From positions 2,666,001 through 2,730,000 of the forward strand of contig OZ218962.1 of the NCBI GenBank assembly GCA_965112735.1: DNA of 64,000 nucleotides. Direction: 5' to 3'. This document shows positions 12,539 through 21,962 of this stretch, in pieces (positions within the stretch are counted from its first letter, which is position 1; the number at the start of each line of letters is the position of its first letter). The position numbers and the translations under genes are program-made. The DNA comes from Phaeosaccion multiseriatum (Eukaryota > Protista > Ochrophyta, other classes). Below the pieces are notes generated by a model. It was not told the origin of the DNA. It ran no database searches and worked only from the letters and a program-made list of their open reading frames with translations.

Positions 12539-12789
12539 TCTATTTGTATGTATGTGAGGAGTAGTGAGTACGACGGGTGCCGAAGAGTACGAGCGGCAGC
12601 ACAAAGCCCTCCACCTGCTCCTTTCGACTCCTCTCGAACGGCAGAAAGCATGCTTTGTCCACCCTCTGATCTCTCCTCCCTCCCTACTCAACTCGCTGTT
12701 TGCCCTCCCTCCCTCCCCCCCCCCCCCCAACCTTTGGCTTGCTCAGATTCTGCGGCTTTGGCCCTTTCTCAGCCACGACTTGCCCTTAA
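4150..12789 (+). CDS. Secreted GSDH (PQQ-type sugar dehydrogenase-like) beta-propeller / multicopper oxidase fusion with Pro/Thr linkers and four C-terminal Cys-rich repeats (copy 1, ~1474 aa, 21 exons)
   Basis: GT-AG exons 4150-4269, 5173-5249, 5466-5586, 5788-5895, 6066-6152, 6292-6570, 6693-6746, 6887-7180, 7364-7570, 7767-7886, 8038-8271, 8365-8508, 8617-8748, 9041-9958, 10076-10134, 10255-10432, 10607-10956, 11150-11488, 11687-11980, 12183-12449, 12747-12789 join in phase to 4425 nt with one terminal stop. Signal peptide MAMPCAMAAWLFLSLVLVLVLLPHPTSA. GSDH motifs AAIHPNW..PYVY, THGTGDLLFLDDGNLLFTHGD, WGFRNPFRF, DVG..EEVN, NYGWPCLEG. MCO copper motifs HTHG, WYHTH, HPFHGH, HCHVLTH. Confidence 0.88.
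4410..5005. repeat. About four diverged copies of a motif spaced ~180 bp apart in intron 1 of copy 1
   Basis: Core GACTRTGGTGGGCGGTTAGTCTAGAGCAGCARCATGC near 4448 and 4801, with diverged versions near 4613 and 4978. Confidence 0.65.
8797..8962. repeat. (TCTG)n intronic microsatellite
   Basis: Directly visible. The homologous tract in copy 2 (16577-16616) is about four times shorter. Confidence 0.95.
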
Positions 12790-12852
12790 CTGTGGCTTGA
12801 CTGTAGCTTGACTGTAGCTCGACTGTAGCTCGACTGTAGCTTGACTGTAGCC
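12790..12852. repeat. 11-bp tandem repeat (GACTGTAGCTY) x~5-6 immediately after the copy 1 stop codon
   Basis: ctgtggcttga ctgtagcttga ctgtagctcga ctgtagctcga ctgtagcttga ctgtagcc. Confidence 0.9.
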
Positions 12853-12943
12853 GGGGAGGGACTCACCAGCACCAGAGTGGTGTGGGGGGGGGGAGAAGAG
12901 AGGAAAGGAATCAAACCCAAGAATTACGTATGTGTGTTGTGTT

Positions 12944-12989
<46 letters not shown>

Positions 12990-13738
12990 GTGCCGAGGGC
13001 CCGCTAGGGGCCGCAAAAAGAGGTTGACGGAGATGCAAATAGGAGATGTCAGGACTTGAGCCAGCGCAGGTCGCTAAGCCTGGTCTCATGGTATTTCTGG
13101 CCAAACCCCAAGGGGAATGTTTCTGCCCCCCCCCTTCCCTCCGGGCGTTACGTGGAGCGGGGGGATGCGCTGTTCCAGAGCTCGCTTTGGCAACGGGGGC
13201 AATACTATATATAGGTGGAGAGGTAGGCACTATATCATTCGATGTAGAATATGGAGACTTACTCCATTGTCAATTCATTAGGTGTGTATTAAGTTTCAAT
13301 TCACTTCCTTAATTGTAAGTTAAAAGCCTTTAGGTGAAAACACATCTGGGAGGGGGGGTGACTAAAGCCACTGCAGTGCATTTTCCTCTGTTTCAACTGA
13401 GCCCCCCCAGCCGGCCGTCACTTGTGCCCTGGCCACGCGTGCACTAACGAATCGGGCGTCTGTATACTCTACCATTATGGACACGTTTTTGCATCTGCGT
13501 CGTCGTCACTGTGATTCTGTGGTGATCGCGAGGAAGCTTCATATCGAATCCGAAATTCCTCGAAGTCCCTCCCACTTTTGCCCGTCAACGCTCCAACCAC
13601 GTCCACCTTTCACCCACAGTCCTCTCAGTTGGCCTTGCCTACTGTACTACTACTGCAACCATTACAGCCCGGGAAAACTATTTACTATTTACAGCATCTC
13701 ATCAACACCTTACTCAGTTTCAGCTTCTAATTTTAATA

Positions 13739-16700
13739 TTAGAAAAAGAACACGTGGAACAGGACGTGCAGGAGGAAGCTTTCAAGTTGTTCGGCGGTTT
13801 TGTGGGATGGGAGAAGCAAGGACGCAAGGAAGGGCAAGAGTTGCAGAGCGACGGGGCGCGGGGGTGGGAGGGAGGGAGCGAAGATGGTATCGTAAGTGCG
13901 GGTCCATCCCCCCCAAATGGTCCCCTGCTACTAGCTACCCACCTGCCGCAGGTGACCATTCCCAAAGCTTCACGCCCCGAAGTCGCCCCTCCTCCGCTGG
14001 TCACGCCCACGGTTTCAGGGGTCGTCGGAGGGGTCTGAGGATCGGTAGTAGTAGGAGAAGGTGCGGTGGTGGGAGGGAGAGTCGGTGGTGGAGCCGTCGG
14101 CAGAGCGGTTGGTGGAGGTGGAGGAGAGGCGGTAGGCTGAGGGGCGGTCGGCGAAGCGGTACTAGGAGGCGATGTGGTAGGAGGGACAGAAGGCGGCGTC
14201 GTTGGTGTTGCAGTAGGTGCAGTAGTGCTAGGGGTAGCGGTCGGCAGAGGGGTGGTTTGAGGAGCGGTAGGCGCTGCGGAAGGAGGGGGGGCTGGAGCTT
14301 CTGCTGGAGCTGCTGTTGTGGCGGCCGTGGGTGCCTGGCGACAAAGGGGAGGGGGAAGATGAGAATCGAGGATAAGACTAGAAGGGCAAGAGGGAGGCAA
14401 GATGGAAGGAGAGAGCACCAGGAGGCGTGGCAGCAGAGCATATCCCATGAACACACACGAAGCGCACGAGGTCCATCAGCCAAAGGCCAGCATAGTCGAT
14501 ACCTACCTCCATAGGCGCCGCTGTCGAAGCTGCTGTTGGAGACGTTGTTGGGGTGGTTGTTGGAGACGTTGTTGGGGTGGCTGTTGGAGCCGCAGTCGTG
14601 TCCACTGTCGGGGCTCCCGTCGGTGCCGCGGTTGGCGCCTGGCGGCCAAGGGGAGGGCGGAAAGAAAGAATCGAGGGTAGGAGAGTGTAACCAGAGAGAA
14701 AGCGGGATGAGATGAGTATATTGTTGAGAGGGTTGGAAGAGGAGCTGGCCGCACGACCATCGCCTGCACGTAACAAGCTGGCTGAGGCGCTCATAAACCA
14801 CAGGCCAGAAGGAGCGCGGTCCGACAACTACCTCCGTAGGCGCCGCTGCTGGAGCAGCTGTTGAAGACCCTATTGGCGCTGCTGTAGGCGTTGCTGTCGG
14901 TCGTGTGGTTCGTGTGGGTGAAGGAGGGGCGACCGGCCCAGGGGTCGGGAGCGAAGGAGAAGGGGCTGATGGTCTCTGCCCTCCTTCTGGGCAAACCACC
15001 TGCAATTGGCACACATAGCGAAGAAGGAGGGTACGTAGTTTTGGAACCCTCGGCGAGAGAGAAATGCAGGTTACAAGATAAATGTTTGGAGTCTGTGTGC
15101 ATGTACCTGGCTGTAGTCGTCGTTCAGGGCAGCGCGGGGCCCTATACCGCCCTCCACATTGGTGACGGCCATGATGCCGTTGTCCGAGTGAGTCAGCACG
15201 TGGCAGTGGTAGAGCACCGTGCCTCTGAAGTCGTGAGGTGACTGACGGACGACACCGCCGCCGTCAGCAGCGATGGTGTCAATCCTGAGAGGCAGCGCGT
15301 CGTTGGGACGGGCGAAGGTGGGTGGATTGTGTGAGTAGGGGCAGAGCACGACGGCAGCACGCACGAGCCACACAGTCTCTGCAAGTACAGAGCTCTTCAC
15401 TCACCAGTCTCCGGGCTGGTGCCAGTCCTGCAGGGCCAGCACAGGCGTGTCCACATCCACCACCTGCAGAGTGAGGCAGAAGGGGAAGCAGACAAGCAAA
15501 GCGTGGTAGAGTGAGGCGAGGGTATACCAGTCCAGACTCATCCTCCTTCCTTCACCACCGTCCTCCGTGGCTCGACTGACCTGGAAGTGGTTGACGTGCC
15601 CGTGGAAAGGGTGCCCCGTGGAGCCTTGGATGATGAGCTCGTAGACTTCGTCGGCCTCCCAGCTGCGCAGAGGGTCGGCGTACCCGTCAAACAGCTCACC
15701 GTTGATGTCCTCACGAACGGACATCAGATACGTCTCATCGACATCCCGTGTGGTCAGATCCTGGAGGTAGGGGGCGCGGCAAGGCTGCCATTGGGGCAGA
15801 GTACCCGCTCCTCCGCTGCCCGTGACGGTCAGAGTGGCCACCTTCACCTCCACGTCCTTGGTGGCGGGCTTGAGCACGACCTCGTACGTCCCCGCCGAGC
15901 ACGACACCGCCACGTCCACCCGACTGGACGGGGAGAAGAACAGCAGCGTCTCCCCCGCAGTCTTGGGCAGCATCCTGGGCAGGCTCGACAGATACACGCC
16001 ATCCTTGGCCAGCACAGACACTTCGCAGTCGCCGCCCTTGATGGCCACCAGCGCGTTCTCCTCGTGCCCCGCGTAGAGCAAGCGCAGTTTGGTCCAGCGG
16101 CCCGCAATGGCCGAGATGGACTGCGGGGCGGCACCGCCTCCTCCCGGTTGGGCGAGGCAGCCGTTGACGAGGTAGAAGTCGTCCGTGGTGGACGCATACC
16201 AGATCTTGTCCGCGGACACGAGAGCCACGTCGTTGGTCTCGTCCGGCTTGAACTCCTGCATCATGATGACGTGCTCCTGCATGTTGCCATACGCCGCAGG
16301 CATGCCGTTGCCCTCGACGTTGGCGTTGTCCTCCACGATGAGCGGCGCCGCAGCTCCTGCCCCCGTCGTCAGAGACACCGAGCCGTGGTGGTGCGTGTGG
16401 TACCAGAAGGTGCCGCCCGAGTGGTCGCACGGAACCCTGTACAAGTACTGGTACGTCTCCCCGGGGCCAATCTCGGACCCAGGGTAGTCAGCAGGAGCCT
16501 GTGGGACACACATCAGATCCGATATGATCAGTCAGATGGTGCGACTGTGAGGCAGGTAGACATGCATGCAGAACGCAGACAGACAGACAGACAGGCAGAC
16601 AGACAGACAGACAGACACATGGACCGACAAGCGGGAGGCAAACACAACCGTGCCGTGACTCACCTCTCCGCTGATATGTAAGCCGTGCGTGTGGATGTTC

Positions 16701-19632
16701 ATGGTCTTGGGGTCCTTGAAGGCGTTGGTTGGGCCTCCGGGGTTGTCACCCGGGGAAAGCTCGTTCACCACCGTCAGTCGGTACGTGTTGCATGCCTGGG
16801 CAGGGCACAAGCACGGACGGGAGGTGGCACATCAGGAGGTAGGCAGACGGAGAGACGCCGAGAAGAGACCAATCGAGGCTCTCTTGCCTACCTGCATGCG
16901 CATGGTGGGTCCGGGGATGACGCCATCGAAGGTCCTTGTGTTGACGAGCGTCTCAGTCTCGGAGTCGAAGAAGGACGTCTCAACGAAGCGAACGGTACCG
17001 CGGAACTCGCCGCCTTGTCTCGTCCACTCCACCTCCTGTGTGCGACGAGGCAATCGAATGGGAGACATCAGTGCTGTCTGTGGAGAGAGAGAGAGACAGA
17101 GCGAGACTGTACATATGCATCAACTCACCCCGCTGTCCGCGGAGCACATGTCCGTCGCTCTCTTGCAGTACACACACGTGGGGTCGTCTCCCTCCCCGGG
17201 GCACTGCGCCACTGGCGTGCTGTCCCATCTCTCGCACACGCCCAAGTCGCTGGCCACGGTCGGAAGAGGGGTGGGAGCCGGAGCGACGGGAGCCGGCGTG
17301 GGGGCTCCGGAAGCAGTGAGCTTGAACATTCTGCTGTACAGGTAGTCTTGGAGGTACATAATCTGCCCATAGGATTCCACAATGTCGAAGAGAGCAGCAG
17401 TGATTGGGGGGGATGCGAGTGAGGCACGGGGAGGGCAGAAGTGGAAGCATTGCCCATACAGAGTTCTCCGCCCTGTGATTCCTATGTGCCCTCCTTCAGA
17501 CTCATCGACTTACGCCTGTATAGGGATCGGTGAAGATTTGCGTTCCTCCAATGTTGCCTGACAAGATCCGAGGGGCGGAGAAGTCGATGGACCCGTCGGC
17601 GTTGTTGTCGAAGTAGAAGGTGCAGTGCTTGGTCTGAGCATTTAAGGAGGGGAGCGGCAAGGAGCGACAAGCTTAGGGCTCTCTCCCACTGCAACTACAT
17701 GCTCTGATCCTACTCTCGCCCCCTCGTACACAGGACCCCCCTCCAGCTCTCTCTGTCTTCCTCTCTTCTCTCCTTGGCGTATTGCCTACCTGGTCGGAGA
17801 AGAAGAGCTTGTTCTGGAACTTGGCGGGCAGTGCGGTGGCCTGGTCTTGCGTGTGGTAAATGGCGGAGATGGAGGCCTGCCCTCGGTGCACAGCGAAGGG
17901 TGCTGGGGGTCCATCACACCGCCCCTGTACTCGTATCGGGGCCTGATGGATGCGGTGGGGTCGTCGTAGATGGCGTCACAAATGTCATAGTCCAACTGCA
18001 GCACCAACGTCAACGGAGGGAGGAGCGAGAGGGGACAGAGGTGGAGAGGCAACGAAGAAGCAAAGAAGGGGCTTGAGGGTTAGCGAACCACCGCCGGAGA
18101 GAGCTCTGAGACCCTGTACGATGAAGAGGAGAGAAGCCCTCTTCATTGGCTCTCTGTCCTACCTTCCTGTCTACTCACCGCTTCCAGGTAGTCCTTTCGC
18201 GCCTGCTCCTCATGGGTAGAGCCTTCGAGACACGGCCATGCGTAGTTGGCGATGGTGTCGTAGGCAGAACCGCTGGGGTTGACCAACTCGTTCACCTCTT
18301 CCGCGGTCCCATAGCCAACGTCGCCGAGGAAGATGTTGTTGTCGGGTCCCGGAGTGAAGCGGAAGGGGTTGCGGAAGCCCCAGGCAACTTGCTCGAGGTC
18401 GTCCATACCCAGGAGGCGATTTCGTGTTTGCGATTGGGGGGGGATGGCCCACATCTTGCCCGCCAGCGACAGCTGTGACAGGGCGGAAGGTACAGAGGAA
18501 GAGGTCAGGGGCAACGATGGGGGCAAAGGAGGGTGAAGGTGTTCGTGTGTATGGTGTGAGCGCAACTCAGCAAAAGCGACGACATACGACAGTGTGCAAG
18601 TCATTCACTCACCGGCTGTTGAGAGAGGAATGCGCCTTTGGGCATCGGAATGTCGGCATTGGGCCCCTGCAGAGCAAAGGAGGCAGAAGGGAATCAGGCC
18701 ATGAGGGGCGGGGAACAGCACGAGAGAGAGAGGAAAGTAGAGATACAGAAAGGGCTCTCCCCCCCTGGGTGTCCGGGACGCACCAAGGAGCATTCGCCGA
18801 GCTCTCCGGTGCTGATTACGCCGGGGTCGTTCGCCTCCGCCTTGCCGGTGTCGCCGTGGGTGAACAAGAGGTTGCCGTCGTCCAAGAACAACAGGTCGCC
18901 GGTCCCATGGGTATTAGACTCGCTGCAGAAGCCTTCCAGCAGCAGCTGATCCACCTCGCCTACTCCGTTGGGGTTGCTGAAGGTGTCGGTCGCTTGATCG
19001 TACTCAATGCGAACGCGTACGAGCCTGCTCCTCTTTCTGCAGTCAAACTCGTTGAAGAAGTCCTGTCGATGATGTTGAGATTAATGATGATGAGAAGGAG
19101 GGCGGGGGTGGGAGCAAAGGGTGAGGGAGACTGTTGAGACGAGTGCACACCTTTTGCATGGGAGAGAAAGAGCAGAGAGTGGCAGGCGAAGCACGTACCG
19201 GGATGTTGGGACAGCGGTCGAAGGTGTCATACGTGTCCCGCTGCCCCTGATTCGCTCGTCCCCACCACGAGGGCAGTCCGGGTTGCTGAGAGCGTTGCGA
19301 ACACGATAAAGCATGTTAATCACGCAAGGGTGTGCAGTCACATGGGGATGGATTTAGGCAAGGGAGAACGAAGAGGCTCGAAACCGGCCGGATGATTGCC
19401 GTCTCTCCCTTGCTGTCCGGCGATTGATTTCCCTCCTTACCTTGGCAACATAGCAGGCGTAGACGTAGGGCGTCTCCGGCCAGTTGGGGTGGATGGCAGC
19501 TGACGTCATGCCGTGATCACTGTACTGATACACTGCGTATGTGTCGGCCTTAGTCGCGAGCACAGTCCCGAGATCAGAGCAAATCGATGACAGAGCCAGA
19601 GTAGAGAGAGAGAGATAGAGAGAAAGAGAGTG

Positions 19633-19666
<34 letters not shown>

Positions 19667-20431
19667 AGATGGGGGATGGGGAGAGTGGTGGTGCGTCACG
19701 ATAACGTCTGCTCAGACATTTGCAGTGAGAGGTACCACGTGTTGATACCCCTGCCTACTCACCGAAAGGTCCAGAAGGATTTGGTTGCCCGGGGGGTCGT
19801 CCCCAGGGAACTGCGGCAGAGAGTCGATGTCCGGGTACATGCGGAGCACTCCTCCTCGATACACCACGAGAATAGCGCTCCCGCTACGGCGTCGTAGATC
19901 ATGTGTTGTGGGAGGGGAGCAGGCGAGGCAGCAGGGGGAGAGAAGGAGCGAATGAAGGTGAGCACACTGGGATTGTAGAGCAGAACCACCGTCAAGAGAA
20001 AGACTTTGGTTGAGAGAGTTCCTCCTACCGTGCGAAGCTGTTCTACCATACCAGACACTAACCTGTAGCTGCTGGAGCGAGGGAAGAAGAGGGTCTTGAT
20101 GTTGCCAACACCATCTTCCATCCACGCGTGTTGTTCCAGCTGTTGGACCATAGAGGAGAGGAGAAGAAGAAGAAGAAGAAGAAGGAGTGAGTGAAGCAAG
20201 CTAGGCGTTGTTCGATGTGCACAGCAGCACCACGAAGTGAGTCAGGAGTTGCACTCTTCGTCACCCTCCCTCTGCCACAGAAAGCTACTGCTACGTTGCT
20301 GCCGTACTAAGTCTTCAGACGCTCACCTGGACAGAGGGCTCCGTGACGGTGGGCACCACCCCTGCTGAGCTTAGCTGCGGCACCCCAGTGTCCACCAGCA
20401 GAGTGACTAGGAACGCGAGGAGGGGTCGCAT
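13739..20431 (-). CDS. GSDH / multicopper oxidase fusion, copy 2: Thr/Pro-rich stalk and predicted GPI-anchor tail; one apparent 1-bp frameshift near 17877
   Basis: Exon 1 20327-20431 (MRPLLAFLVTLLVDTGVPQLSSAGVVPTVTEPSVQ). The core exons are near-identical to copy 1 and keep all four Cu motifs. After the MCO come three Thr/Pro/Ala exons and a last exon 13739-13778, giving ...TSGGGATSGREALGMVTCGSFLLHVLFHVFFF*. Exon 9 reads GGCAGGCC where copy 1 has GGCAGAGCC. Confidence 0.8.
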
Positions 20432-20915
20432 GGTTATCCCCCAGCAGCCAGAGGTCCTTCTCGGAGGTGGTCAACGCTTTGTTGCTCGTCCTTGATTGCT
20501 AATTCCTAACTCCTTCAGCGTTTCTCTCACTGCTGTCGTCGCTAACCTTAAAGTACCTAACGCCAGCCACTCCGGCAGGCCAGTCATCTTCTACTATATA
20601 CCCAATGTATTGTGTAGTAGTGGGGCCATAGGGACAAGAGTAACGTTGCTCTCCACATTGGATAGGAGTAGACGCATGGACAAGGTAATAGCAACCCACC
20701 CCGAAGCCAGCCTGGCAGCCAGCATTGTCTCCATTATCCATGGGCGATCCTAAACGACCAACCTCCTCGGAGAGGTGAATGCGAAACAGCCACGCACTTT
20801 TTTGATTTTTGTTTTCTCTTTTCTCATGTCCCAATAGTTCAATATAGTTTGGGCCTGGGCCATTGACATAATAGTGACTTCCCCATTCTTCATCAGCCCC
20901 ATGCATGGTCCATGG

Positions 20916-21098
20916 TCGACCCCTGACACACTATCGCCCACATTCTCGATAGCGCGCTATCGCCCCCCCCGGGGGCCGATAGCGCGCTATCGGCCGCGGC
21001 CGATAGCGGATAGCGTGCCGGCTGGCGCCGGCCGATAGCGGATAGCGCGCCGGCTGGCGCCGGCGATAGCGGATAGCGGATAGTGTGTCAGGGGTCGA
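20916..21098. mobile_element. Second copy of the TCGACCCCTGACAC-TIR MITE, flanked by CCATGG direct repeats
   Basis: TCGACCCCTGACACACTA at 20916 and TAGTGTGTCAGGGGTCGA ending 21098. CCATGG at 20910-20915 and 21099-21104. Internal sequence homologous to 3670-3851. Confidence 0.85.
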
Positions 21099-21123
21099 CC
21101 ATGGTCCGCTTACATTCGATTAC

Positions 21124-21318
21124 ATCCGCTATCCTGCGCCAGCCGGCACGCTATCCGCTATCGGCCCGCGCCAGCCGGCACGCTATCCGCTATCGGCCCG
21201 CGCCAGCCGGCACGCTATCCGCTATCGGCCCGCGCCAGCCGGCACGCTATCCGCTATCGGCCGGCGGCCGATAGCGCGCTATCGAGAATGTGGGCGATAG
21301 TGTATTATCAGGGGTTGA
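21124..21318. mobile_element. Inverted partial third copy of the same MITE, containing four tandem 32-bp units
   Basis: GCGCCAGCCGGCACGCTATCCGCTATCGGCCC x4 (21136-21263). Ends ...GAGAATGTGGGCGATAGTGTATTATCAGGGGTTGA followed by CCATGG, which is the reverse complement of the left end of the 20916 copy. Confidence 0.75.
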
Positions 21319-21962
21319 CCATGGAGTGTTGTCTCTTTCCGCCTCGCTGGCCCTACGAGGAGTGCAGGCCTAGCTACAGGTGTGCTGCTACCCACTGGCT
21401 GGGCGGCACCACGCACGCGCCCACGGTCACTGGGAGGCTGCCTAGAGGCGGGCTAGAGGCCGCCTAGCTAGGACTGAAAAGTGAGCGGCCTAGAGCGGCC
21501 GCGGCCTAAACAAAACCGCTAGGCGTGCATGGGGCTGAACGCGGATGTGAAGGACGAGTATCGCTGGAGGAGGAGGCCAGACAAGGGCAGAGGAAGGGAG
21601 CCTCCGAAGAAGTAGGAGGCGGAGAAAGCATTCAAGGGAGAGTGCCGAGAGGGGGGGGAAGGATGACGAGGGGGGGTGAAGGGTGAAGGTTGCCAAGCAG
21701 CCAAGGGACGACGATGGAGACCTATTGCCACCCTGCCTGTGGCTGTTCGACTACACGCACTCCATCGCTGTGAGCAATCCGTGTGCGGCATGACCCACTG
21801 GGACTTGGCACACGCTGCACGTTCGAGCCATCTCTCGCTCCTCCTGTGGCTGTGCTCGACGCCCACCCACCCCCCGCCCCCACTGCGCTCTACGACTCTA
21901 ACTCCGTAACGATAACGCTCCCCACTACTGTAGTGTGGTCCCCCTTTCTATCCGACAGCACC

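Noticed and set aside
9347-16681. Antisense ORFs over the MCO exons (9347-9952 minus, 15587-16681 plus)
   Set aside because: Shadow frames expected from GC3-rich coding sequence.
20496-20906. ORFs upstream of copy 2, and ORFs at 13046-13312, 21490-21909 and 39948-40322
   Set aside because: No recognisable motifs or splice context; they could be degraded transposon fragments but cannot be supported.
21136-21263. 32-bp repeats as a CRISPR array (also considered for the 73-bp repeats at 40893-41114)
   Set aside because: The units are contiguous with no unique spacers, no cas genes are present, and the context is eukaryotic.
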